From positions 1-44,783 of the IMG/VR virus record IMGVR_UViG_3300024051_000088: a stretch of 44,783 bases of DNA; one strand, given 5' to 3'. Under the pieces are notes generated by a model. The model was not told the origin of the DNA and ran no database searches. It was given only the letters and a program-made list of their open reading frames with translations. The stretch comes from a virus. Lineage: Duplodnaviria > Caudoviricetes. Below, in pieces: positions 1 to 8,297 of the stretch. The position numbers and the translations under genes are program-made. Positions within the stretch are counted from its first letter, which is position 1. The number at the start of each line of letters is the position of its first letter.

Positions 1-270
1 GCCGATCAGCGCCGGCATGATGACGAAGAAGATCATCACAAGCCCGTGCGCGCTGACGACGACGTTGAAGACGCCCGGATCGGAGAATATCTGCATGCCC
101 GGCTCCTGCAATTCCATACGCAACGCGACGGAAAGGCCGGTGCCGAGAACGCCGGACAGCATGGAGAGCAGCAGATAGAGCGTGCCGATGTCCTTGTGGT
201 TGGTGGAAAACAGCCAGCGGCCGGCAAACCCCGGCCGCGGATGCGTTGTGGCTTCGCTTGCATGTAACAT
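1..270 (-). CDS. ctaD: Cytochrome c oxidase subunit I, N-terminal part (runs off window)
   Basis: Manual translation from ATG at 270: [40 protein letters not shown]...[23 protein letters not shown], the classic COX1 N-terminus; GGGGAG SD upstream. Not in the ORF track because it is truncated. Confidence 0.95.
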   Translation of the reverse strand, partial: MLHASEATTHPRPGFAGRWLFSTNHKDIGTLYLLLSMLSGVLGTGLSVALRMELQEPGMQIFSDPGVFNVVVSAHGLVMIFFVIMPALIG

Positions 271-490
271 CACGTTTCTCCCCGCCGCCGCCGCCCGGAC
301 CGGCAAACCGAAAGAAGTGTGTGCACCCCATGAATGGAACGCAAACGGAATTAAATGCGCCGACAGCGCAAAATAATTGCAGTCAATGGTTGCACGAACG
401 TGACGCCAGCATCGAACCATCGGGCACGTTTTCGCTATGAAATTGGGAAAAGAATAAGCGCGTTCTATGGCTGTTGTCTGTCACCGATAT

Positions 491-530
491 CCGGATTTAC
501 CGGGATTAACTGGGATTAAGCGGGAACTGA
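491..530 (+). repeat. 10-bp-period tandem repeat at the left end (CCGGATTTAC/CGGGATTAAC/TGGGATTAAG/CGGGAACTGA)
   Basis: Seen directly, about 20 bp inside the left terminus. Confidence 0.75.
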
Positions 531-789
531 CGAGAAAGTCCCGGAGATCAGGCGGTTGAGCGAGACGGGACGATTTTGCCGGCCGGGCCGTTCTGACAGC
601 CGCGCGGCGCGAAATCGGCACCGGCAAGCCCTTATGCCGGGAAACGCGGACCGGCTTCAAGACGGTCGTTAAAAATCCTAGAAATGCCTTTGAGGCGTCT
701 TCAAACCTTGAAATATCAGGCTTCGCCCTCGGCGAGCGCTTCGGTCTGGCCGGCGCATTTGAGCAGCGGCAGAGGCCTGGACGCTAATT

Positions 790-900
790 CTAGGTTTGAC
801 ATTTTGCCAATCGCCGACGCGAAAAACCTTCAAGTCATTGAAATAACGTGTCAAACCTAGGAAATTCGTACGTTTTTCGCTGCGGACAGGTTTGCAAACC
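790..900. repeat. Perfect 12-bp inverted repeat CTAGGTTTGACA/TGTCAAACCTAG plus palindrome GGTTTGCAAACC; putative transposase-binding sites
   Basis: Arms at 790-801 and 849-860, palindrome at 889-900; the TGTCAAA core recurs at the right end. Confidence 0.65.
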
Positions 901-1465
901 CGATGCTACGGGCTTCACCTTCCCGAGGCGGATAAAGTTGCCTTCCTTATTCCCGCAAATAATCCATTTGCGTGCACCGGGCTCACCTTTATAACCGTGG
1001 CGGGCTTGAACACCCTGACTTCACATAGGCGCGCCGCCATAGCGGTGGCCGAACACATGCGCAGCTTGGCGGCTGGCGCATTCGCCGTGGCCTTTCGGCC
1101 GGGGGCGATGTGCCATGTCCAAGCTCCGGCTAAAAGCGCATCGGCGTGTCTGTGAAGCGCGTGTTCAACCCCCGGCTCGGCGCCGATCGCCGGTATCGCG
1201 GCGACCGGCATTTACCATCAATGCACTTACAGCAGGGATTGTTTGAACGGACGCTGCTCAACCAGTAGCTTTGCGGCTGTATTGGTTTGGGAATTTCGGG
1301 GTTGTACTTTGATGTAATGCGTAAGGGGCGGCTATCCCGGGGCTGAGGAATTCGGAAATTCCCTACCGGGCTCAAACAACATCTTCGACAGCAGCACCTG
1401 GTACGCATTTCCGGGCGCCTTCGAATCTGCACCGTTTTTTTGCTGTTCGTCGTTTATCTCGACGA

Positions 1466-1993
1466 TCATGAGCCCGCGACTTTGCTCGACCCCGGCTCGG
1501 CTTTCGAGATCCGCTCCTTGAAACGATCACGCAGGACAGGCAACAGCGCCGCGACAACCGCCTTGTCCCGGATATCCGCCACCATCGCCAGCAGCTCGTT
1601 GTAGAGTTCGCCCGCATCAGCCGTCACCGCTCGCGGCGGCGGCGTCCGTTTGCACTCGATGTAAACGGCCTGAACCGTGTCGTGCAGTTGCTGCAGCAGG
1701 GCGATATCGACGTTCGCTCTTGATGCCGGCACCTTCGACGGATCGTCGAACATGTCGCCGAGCCCTGTGACCAGCCAACTGACATTTACACCGAGAACCT
1801 CCCGGTAAGCGGCAAGCACTGATGCGTCGGGCGTGCGCTCCCCTCTTTCATAGTAGGCCAGTGCGCTTTTGCTAATCCCAAGGCGGGCAGCAAACTCGTC
1901 CCGATCCTCAACATTAAAGTGCGCCCGCACATCGCGAATGCGCCGGCCAAGCGGCGTTTTTGGTTCAATCTCTGGTCTCGCCAAGATCACCAT
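1466..1993 (-). CDS. Prophage repressor, XRE/Cro-C1 HTH
   Basis: DEFAARLGISKSALAYYERGERTPDA HTH; divergent from ner at the left end. Confidence 0.85.
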   Translation of the reverse strand: MVILARPEIEPKTPLGRRIRDVRAHFNVEDRDEFAARLGISKSALAYYERGERTPDASVLAAYREVLGVNVSWLVTGLGDMFDDPSKVPASRANVDIALLQQLHDTVQAVYIECKRTPPPRAVTADAGELYNELLAMVADIRDKAVVAALLPVLRDRFKERISKAEPGSSKVAGS

Positions 1994-2035
1994 TAAACTA
2001 CGATTGCTATTTACAAAGCACCAAACGTAGCTTAA
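1993..2035. promoter_or_regulatory. Divergent immunity switch region with imperfect inverted-repeat operator
   Basis: TTAAACTACGATTG (1993-2006) / CAAACGTAGCTTAA (2022-2035), AT-rich, between repressor and ner. Confidence 0.55.
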
Positions 2036-2066
2036 TCCTTTCTGTGTTCGCAGATTTCAACACCCC

Positions 2067-2095
2067 AAAAAAGGAGGCCTGCCAGGGCCTCCCTT
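2067..2095 (-). terminator. Hairpin with A-run; intrinsic terminator on the minus strand
   Basis: AAAAAAGGAGGCC-TGCCAG-GGCCTCCCTT; the minus strand reads stem followed by U6. Confidence 0.5.
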
Positions 2096-2111
2096 CCGGA
2101 AGGATCATTTT

Positions 2112-2432
2112 ATGCACCGTGCCGCAAAGACCGGCAAGCGCGACCGCGCGGAGGAACGCAGACTGAAGGAAGTGGGTCGCATCCGTGACCTGCTTACCCG
2201 CGCGAAGCTGACGCTTGCTCAGATCGACGAGGACTACAAACTACCGCGGGGAACCGCAGGCAATGCGGTCCACGAACCTCACGTCGCAGGCGAGCGCGCC
2301 ATCGCTGCGGCCCTGCTCACACGCCCTCACCTTCTCTGGTTTTCCCGCTATCACGCTGATGGTCAGCGCAAGAGCCCGCAGCCCGCCGAGAACTATCGCT
2401 ACGCACGCCGCTCGACGACAGAGGCCGCGTGA
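2112..2432 (+). CDS. ner: Ner/Nlp-like DNA-binding protein
   Basis: TLAQIDEDYKLPRGTAGNAVHEPHVAGERAIAAALLTRPHLLWFSRY matches the Ner pattern; first early gene. Confidence 0.8.
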   Translation: MHRAAKTGKRDRAEERRLKEVGRIRDLLTRAKLTLAQIDEDYKLPRGTAGNAVHEPHVAGERAIAAALLTRPHLLWFSRYHADGQRKSPQPAENYRYARRSTTEAA

Positions 2433-2716
2433 TGCGTGGCGCCGACAAGAACGCTGCTCTAGCCTATCGCGGTTTTAGCCGCGGAACCTTTGAAGGTCCC
2501 GGCCGTCAGACCCGCTCTGCCGACGCCACACCCGAACAATTGCGGATGATCGCCCTCCCCGATAGGGCGAAAGTTACAGCCAAAATCGACGTCGTTCCCT
2601 TTCTACCTTCGCACTCGGCTTTCTGCCGAAAGGCGGAGTTGATCCTGCTTTGCGGTGTCCCGTTCGCCGCCCTTTCAGCTGTCCTTGTCCTAGCCGCCCA
2701 GGTGGCTTTGCGATGA
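2429..2716 (+). CDS. Hypothetical protein with C-terminal hydrophobic segment
   Basis: Start and stop overlap both neighbours; atypical composition. Confidence 0.5.
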   Translation: MMRGADKNAALAYRGFSRGTFEGPGRQTRSADATPEQLRMIALPDRAKVTAKIDVVPFLPSHSAFCRKAELILLCGVPFAALSAVLVLAAQVALR

Positions 2717-3111
2717 ACCGTTTCCACGCGCAACCAAAGGGAGTTTCTGTAGTGCGTAATCCCTATTCGCAGGACGAGCGGCTGACCGCCATGGTCAGTG
2801 CGGCCTTTCGCGCCAGCCGCTCGCACTTCAACCATCTGCCGATCCGCTACCTCATCGACCCTCCGCGCGAGCTGTTCGATGCCAAGCTCGCCCGGCAGAT
2901 CACCATCCACATTTTGAATGTCGAGTTCGACATTCCACGCCGCCGGCTGACGAAGCTGCTCGGCGTCGGCCGCGCCATGGTCTTGCAGTCCATCCGCACG
3001 GTGGACCAGCGGCGCTTCGAGCCGGTTTTCGAGCGGGCCTACGAGCGCATCGCAGCGCGGGCCAAGGACAATTTTATGACGGCCCTGGCCGAAGACGCGG
3101 AGGCGGCATAA
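2713..3111 (+). CDS. DnaA C-terminal-like HTH protein
   Basis: ATGA overlap at 2713; LARQITIHILNVEFDIPRRRLTKLLGVGRAMVLQSIRTVDQRR resembles DnaA domain IV. Confidence 0.6.
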   Translation: MNRFHAQPKGVSVVRNPYSQDERLTAMVSAAFRASRSHFNHLPIRYLIDPPRELFDAKLARQITIHILNVEFDIPRRRLTKLLGVGRAMVLQSIRTVDQRRFEPVFERAYERIAARAKDNFMTALAEDAEAA

Positions 3112-3113
3112 GC

Positions 3114-3938
3114 ATGGCCGAATACATTCACGCCCGCCTTTCCGACATCTTCGTGGGCGACCGGCTCCGCACGATCAATCCTTTGAAAGTCGAAGCGCGC
3201 GCCGCGTCGATGGCCGAGCACGGCCAAATTACACCGATCTCGATCAGGCGAACCCCAGCGAAAAACAAGGGGGCGACGCCCTTCTCGCTTATCGCCGGGG
3301 AATACCGCCTAGCAGCGGCGACGTTGCTGGGTTGGACCGAAATCGACGCCGTCATCGTCAAGGCAGACAGCACCGATGCCCAGATGATCGAGATCGCAGA
3401 AAACCTTCATCGTGATGAACTGACCGCGCTCGAAAACGCGGTCTTCGTCATGAAGTATCGTGAGCTTTGGGAAGCCAAGCACGGCAAGATCGAACGCGGC
3501 GGCGACCGCCGATCAAAGGGGCAAGATGCCCCTTTGAAACTCGCAAACGGGCGCGAACTGTCCGTAGTGGTTCAGGAGCGTCTAGGCCTCGGCGCAGACA
3601 CATACAAACGCGCCGTCCGTATCGGCAAAAACCTACACCCCACACTCCGCGCCGCCGTCCTTGGTACAGAAGCCGAGACCGACCAGTCGAAGCTCCTGAA
3701 GCTGGCGAAACTGTCCGCCGACGACCAGTTGCGCATTGCTGCCTCGCTGAAGGAAAAGCCAGACCTGAAGCTGGCGCTCTCCTGGTTGAAGCCTGAGAAG
3801 GCACCCGTCGATCCGCAGGCCGCGATCTTCCAGAAAGTCGCGGCGCTGCTGGAAAAGGCCGACGACGCCACGCTGGTGCGGGTGCTCCAGCATATCGGCG
3901 ACAAGCGCGACCACGCCTTCCTGGAGGCGGCGGAATGA
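3114..3938 (+). CDS. ParB N-terminal domain protein
   Basis: GQITPISIR...LIAGEYRLAAATLLGW...IEIAENLHRDELT ParB/Srx motif followed by HTH. Confidence 0.85.
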   Translation: MAEYIHARLSDIFVGDRLRTINPLKVEARAASMAEHGQITPISIRRTPAKNKGATPFSLIAGEYRLAAATLLGWTEIDAVIVKADSTDAQMIEIAENLHRDELTALENAVFVMKYRELWEAKHGKIERGGDRRSKGQDAPLKLANGRELSVVVQERLGLGADTYKRAVRIGKNLHPTLRAAVLGTEAETDQSKLLKLAKLSADDQLRIAASLKEKPDLKLALSWLKPEKAPVDPQAAIFQKVAALLEKADDATLVRVLQHIGDKRDHAFLEAAE

Positions 3939-4393
3939 AGCCCGATCCGGCACAGCCCGATTTCTTCGCCGAGCCGGTCTATCCGACACGCTCGCCCGTC
4001 GAGCGCATCGACCTTGACCGCTTTCGCCGCCTGCTGAAGCGCGAGATGGCCCGCGCCATCCGCGAATGCCCCTACGACCGGCAGACGGTCGCCGCTCGAA
4101 TGGCGACCTATCTCGGCCTCGCCTCGATCTCCAAGGCCTCGCTCGACGCCTACACGGCGGAAAGCAAGGAAGGCCACGATGTCAGCCTCGTTCGTTTCAA
4201 GGCCTTCGTCCGGGCGACCGGCGCGATCTGGCTTTGGGACGTGATCGTCTCCGAAGACGGCCTCCTGCTCCTCCAGGGCGACGAAGCCCGGCTCGCCGAG
4301 ATCGAGCGGCTTCGCCAGGAGCAGCGGGCCGTTGCCCAGCAAATCCGCAAACTGACGGCAACGCCCGTCCGCATCCGCAGAGGGGAACGTTGA
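3935..4393 (+). CDS. Hypothetical phage regulatory (HTH-like) protein
   Basis: Coupled ORF in the usual pre-transposase position. Confidence 0.7.
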   Translation: MKPDPAQPDFFAEPVYPTRSPVERIDLDRFRRLLKREMARAIRECPYDRQTVAARMATYLGLASISKASLDAYTAESKEGHDVSLVRFKAFVRATGAIWLWDVIVSEDGLLLLQGDEARLAEIERLRQEQRAVAQQIRKLTATPVRIRRGER

Positions 4394-4620
4394 TGCCTCA
4401 GAAACCCAGCATCGTCGACAAGATCGTGGCGAAATACGGCATTCCAGAACGCATCTACGTCGACAACGGCAGCGCCTTCACCTCAAAGGCCTTCCTCTCC
4501 GGGTGCGCCGATCTCGGCATACAGGTGCACTTCAGCACTCCCTATTCCCCCAGCGCAAAACCGTTGGAGCGCCATTTCGTCGATCTGACCGAGGTCAATG
4601 TTGACGAGCTTGGCGCATGA
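4393..4620 (+). CDS. 75-aa protein comprising the C-terminal half of a DDE transposase/integrase core
   Basis: YGIPERIYVDNGSAFTS...LGIQVHFSTPYSPSAKPLERHF; TGATG and ATGA overlaps with neighbours; AGGGG SD. Confidence 0.75.
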   Translation: MPQKPSIVDKIVAKYGIPERIYVDNGSAFTSKAFLSGCADLGIQVHFSTPYSPSAKPLERHFVDLTEVNVDELGA

Positions 4621-6587
4621 AACAGTGGTTCACTCTCGCCGAGATCGTCGCCCTCAAGCTGCCGGGCCTGCCGGTCGAGCTACGCGAACTTTATCGCCAT
4701 GCGGAGCGTCACGGCTGGCGGCTGGATGTGCGCAAGGTCCAGAAGCGCGCGGCTTCCGGGGGCGGGCTTGAGTTCCACTATAGCCTCTTCCCCGGCGAAG
4801 CCCGCGCGAAGATTTCCTTCATGGAAACGGCGCCGACGATTGCGCCGACGTCGGTTTCAAAGCTCCTTTGGACCCGCTTTGAAGCCTTGACCGATGCGCA
4901 GCGCGCAGTTGCCCGCAAGCGTCTCGATGCCATCCTGGAATTGGAGAGCCTCCGTGCTGCCGGGATCAGCGCCCGCGAGGCGACGGCCTTCTGCGAAGCG
5001 AAATTCGAGATCGCCCGATCCTCGCTGTACGAGTGGCGGCAGATGGTCGAGGGCAAAGCCCGGCAGGACTGGCTTGCCGCCCTCGCCCCGGACAGCACTG
5101 CCGCCAACGGGGAAGACGCGCAGCTCGTCGAATGCCATCCGGAGGCTTGGGACGTCCTCGCCGCCGACTACCTCCGGCCCGAGGGTACGGGGTTCGCCTC
5201 CTGCTATCGCCGGATGGAAAAAATCGCGAAGCGCAAGGGCTGGACACCGATCCCCTCCGAACGGACCCTCCGTCGTCATATGGACGCCAAGGTGCCACGC
5301 GCCGTCCAAATTCTCGCCCGCAAGGGCAAAGACGAGGCGATGAGGCTCATGCCGGCCCAGGAGCGATCGGTCGCCCACCTCATGGCGATGCAGTATGCGA
5401 ACACCGATGGCCACAAGCTCGACCTGCATGTGCAGCTTCCCGGCCGCGACAAGCCCACCCGCGTGTACCTTATGGGTACGCAGGACATCTACAGCCGCAA
5501 AATCCTGTCATGGGTGCTGACCGAGGCCGAGACATGGGAGGCCGTGCGCACCATCGTCGGCCGCATGGTGGAGGAGCACGGTATTCCCGAGCGCCTTTAC
5601 ATGGACAACGGCCGGGCCTTCGCCTCGAAGAAAATTTCAGGGGGCGCGAAACGGCGCAATCGCTTCAAGATCACGGAAGACGAGGTTGCCGGCCTCCTGA
5701 AGACACTCGGCATCGATGGCCGTTTCGTAAAACCATATTCTGGTCAGTCGAAGCCTATCGAACGCGGCTGGCGCGATCTTGCCGAGGAAATCTCCAAGCA
5801 TCCCGACATGGCCGGCGCGTATACCGGTCGCAGCACTGCGCACAAGCCGGAGAATTACGGTAAGTGGGCCGTGCCGCTCGATCAGCTCGAAAAGCACGTT
5901 GCGGACCGGATTGCCGAGCACAATGCCCGTGTAGGTCGCAAGACCGAGACCGCCAAGGGTCGCAGCTTCGACGACGTCTTCGCGGAGAGCATGGCCGATC
6001 CGGCGAACCTCGTGCGGTTCGCCAGCCCCTTGCAGCGCTCCCTCTGGATGCTCACGGCCGAGACCGTCACCGCCCGCAAGCCTTCCGGTGCCATCCATCT
6101 GTTCGATAACCGCTACTGGTCGCGCGAGCTGAACCAGTGGATCGGGAAGAAGCTGACCGTTCGCTTCGACCCCTCCGACCTGCACGCCGCCGTCAAGGTC
6201 TACGATCCAGCCGGCCGGCTCATCTGCGAGGCCGAGTGCATCGAGAAGAGCGGCTTCGATTGCCAAGCTGCCGCCCGCGAGACCGCACGCGCGAAGAGCG
6301 AATTCGGCAAGACCTTGCGCGCGCAGAAGGACGCCGCCCGTCGCCTCAACGATGTGCAGCTTCAGGAGGTCATGGGACGCGGCGAGCGTGCTGGCGCCAA
6401 GGCTGCGAAGACCCCCCGTCCGAAGGTGACGCGCCTCATCACCCGCCAACAGGCGGTGCCAGCGGCTCCGGCCGACGAGATCGATCAGGATCAATACGCG
6501 GACAATTTCAGCCGGGGCCTTGCGCGCCTGGCGGGCGGCGATGCCGCCATCCTCCCATTCCCGAAAGGGGATCGACCGGCAAGGTAA
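4617..6587 (+). CDS. Mu-like DDE transposase A
   Basis: N-terminal Mu DNA-binding domain; catalytic TDGH...MDNGRAF...KPIER; Mu C-terminal domain VRFDPSDL. Confidence 0.95.
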   Translation: MKQWFTLAEIVALKLPGLPVELRELYRHAERHGWRLDVRKVQKRAASGGGLEFHYSLFPGEARAKISFMETAPTIAPTSVSKLLWTRFEALTDAQRAVARKRLDAILELESLRAAGISAREATAFCEAKFEIARSSLYEWRQMVEGKARQDWLAALAPDSTAANGEDAQLVECHPEAWDVLAADYLRPEGTGFASCYRRMEKIAKRKGWTPIPSERTLRRHMDAKVPRAVQILARKGKDEAMRLMPAQERSVAHLMAMQYANTDGHKLDLHVQLPGRDKPTRVYLMGTQDIYSRKILSWVLTEAETWEAVRTIVGRMVEEHGIPERLYMDNGRAFASKKISGGAKRRNRFKITEDEVAGLLKTLGIDGRFVKPYSGQSKPIERGWRDLAEEISKHPDMAGAYTGRSTAHKPENYGKWAVPLDQLEKHVADRIAEHNARVGRKTETAKGRSFDDVFAESMADPANLVRFASPLQRSLWMLTAETVTARKPSGAIHLFDNRYWSRELNQWIGKKLTVRFDPSDLHAAVKVYDPAGRLICEAECIEKSGFDCQAAARETARAKSEFGKTLRAQKDAARRLNDVQLQEVMGRGERAGAKAAKTPRPKVTRLITRQQAVPAAPADEIDQDQYADNFSRGLARLAGGDAAILPFPKGDRPAR

Positions 6588-6634
6588 TGCGTCCGGTCGC
6601 AGCATAGAGCCGAGAAGTACTGAGTTCGGTTCCC

Positions 6635-6662
6635 AAAAAAAATGCGGGCCAGAAGACCCGCA
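6635..6662 (-). terminator. Antisense-oriented intrinsic terminator between A and B
   Basis: A8 followed by TGCGGGCC-AGAA-GACCCGCA; the minus strand gives stem followed by U8. Confidence 0.6.
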
Positions 6663-6685
6663 CCAATGAACCAAAGGAACCCTAG

Positions 6686-7708
6686 ATGAAAAAGCCCATC
6701 AACACAATTCCAGAGTGGAATTTCCCGACGCCGCTTCAGCCGTTCGTCGATAAGCACGGCGCCGCGGAAGTCGAACGGTGGCGCAAGCTGCTCGCCCGCG
6801 CCATCGACATCGCCCGCGAACACGGCTGGACGAAGGCCGAGGTTGCCCGCCGTACCGGCGTGCCGGAAGGCACCTTCAGCCAGTGGTCGAACGGGAATTA
6901 TCCGGGCGTCCTCGCCAACGTCAACGACAGCGTGAACAACTGGCTTGACGCCCTGGAAGAAAGCGTCGGCATCGCCACCCGGTTGCCGGTATCGCCGAAG
7001 TTCATCCGCACCGCGACGGGGTCGGAGATCTTCAACGTCCTTCTCTACTCGCAGATTTCGGCCGGCTTCACGATGGTCGTGCTGCCCTCCGGCTCGGGCA
7101 AAACAACCGCCTCCCGGCACTTCGTCTCCACCCGGCCGCATTGCTGGATGTGCACGGTCAGCCCGCACACGAAGACCGTCCACGGCGTCCTCGTCGAGCT
7201 TGCCACCGAACTGGACGTGCATGAGCACAATCCCGCCAAGCTGGTCCGGGCGATCGGCAAGAAGCTGCAGCGCATCGGCGAAGGCACGCTGCTCATCATC
7301 GACGAGGCGCAGAACCTTATTCCCGAGGCAATCAACCAGCTCCGGCATTTCGTCGATAACTATCATTGCGGCGTGGCGCTGATCGGCAACGAGGACACGG
7401 GTACGGCCTTCCTGAAGGATCGCGGTTCGATCGCCAGCCGCGCCCAGGTGCTGACCCGCTTCGACCGGCGTCTTAGCACCGAGCGCGATCCAGCAAATGA
7501 TGCGCTCATGCTGATCAACGCCTGGGGAATCGAGCAGGCCGACTGCATCAAGTTCCTCGCCGCGATCGCCACGAAGCCAGGAGCCTTGCGCAATATCGAC
7601 CGAACCGTCCGCGCAGCCGCGATGCAGGCCCTCGGTGCGGGCGAAGAAATTTGCCTGAAGTACCTCGTTGCGGCTTGGCGCGAGCGTGACATGGGGGAAC
7701 TGGCATGA
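6686..7708 (+). CDS. MuB-like AAA ATPase (transposition/target capture)
   Basis: N-terminal HTH; Walker A PSGSGKT; Walker B LLIIDEAQ. Confidence 0.93.
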   Translation: MKKPINTIPEWNFPTPLQPFVDKHGAAEVERWRKLLARAIDIAREHGWTKAEVARRTGVPEGTFSQWSNGNYPGVLANVNDSVNNWLDALEESVGIATRLPVSPKFIRTATGSEIFNVLLYSQISAGFTMVVLPSGSGKTTASRHFVSTRPHCWMCTVSPHTKTVHGVLVELATELDVHEHNPAKLVRAIGKKLQRIGEGTLLIIDEAQNLIPEAINQLRHFVDNYHCGVALIGNEDTGTAFLKDRGSIASRAQVLTRFDRRLSTERDPANDALMLINAWGIEQADCIKFLAAIATKPGALRNIDRTVRAAAMQALGAGEEICLKYLVAAWRERDMGELA

Positions 7709-8007
7709 TCGCCGCCCTTCGCGACACCACGCTGAGCAACTCCATCCTGGACGTTGTCCAGGCGGTCTTGCCTTACACCGCGTCCGGCAAGGCCATGCCA
7801 TCTGAACTGGCCCATGACGTTGTCATCAAGCTTTCCGCATCGCTGAAGCTCGCCTCGCTGATGGAGCAGGAGCTATCCATCCATCGCTTCGACGAGGCCG
7901 GTCTATCGCCCGGCGCTGTGCGCTCGCGCGAGATCGCCATAGCCGTTGAGCAGGCTGTGACCGGCACTGTCGTCAAGGTCGATTTCGAAAAGGGGAAGAA
8001 GCCATGA
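7705..8007 (+). CDS. Hypothetical protein (paralog of next gene)
   Basis: ATGA coupling, SD. Confidence 0.7.
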   Translation: MIAALRDTTLSNSILDVVQAVLPYTASGKAMPSELAHDVVIKLSASLKLASLMEQELSIHRFDEAGLSPGAVRSREIAIAVEQAVTGTVVKVDFEKGKKP

Positions 8008-8297
8008 ACGGCGACTTCGCCCTGACGGATCACATGGCTGATCTCAAGAGGACCGTCTCGGCGGTCCTCAACCGCAGCTCCGTATCCGGCCGCGCCGTGG
8101 CGTTTTCCGAGACTGAGATCATCACCGGCAAGATCAATACCGCCGTCGCCCTGGCGCGCGAGCTGGAGGAGGAAAACCGCATCCTCGAGCACCGTGTTCG
8201 TGCACTGCGCGACGACAACCAGAACCGGAAGGCGGACCCGCGTGGCAACGTGACCTCGCTCCCGCGCCCTACCCCCAGCCAGAAAAAAGGACAGTGA
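8004..8297 (+). CDS. Hypothetical protein (paralog of previous gene)
   Basis: ATGA coupling, SD. Confidence 0.7.
   Translation: MNGDFALTDHMADLKRTVSAVLNRSSVSGRAVAFSETEIITGKINTAVALARELEEENRILEHRVRALRDDNQNRKADPRGNVTSLPRPTPSQKKGQ

Noticed and set aside
36-440. Short ORFs in the ORF track at the window start
   Set aside because: Overlap the real ctaD frame or its upstream region
491-530. Possible CRISPR array or iterons
   Set aside because: 10-bp units without spacers; no cas or rep gene
892-1432. ORFs 892-1155, 915-1211 and 1130-1432 as genes
   Set aside because: No convincing SD or recognisable domain; not called as CDS, though 915-1211 cannot be excluded
4066-4392. N-terminal extension of the 184-aa ORF 4066-4620
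   Set aside because: Overlaps the 3935-4393 gene out of frame and is Arg/Pro-rich noise; the SD and overlap support a start at 4393
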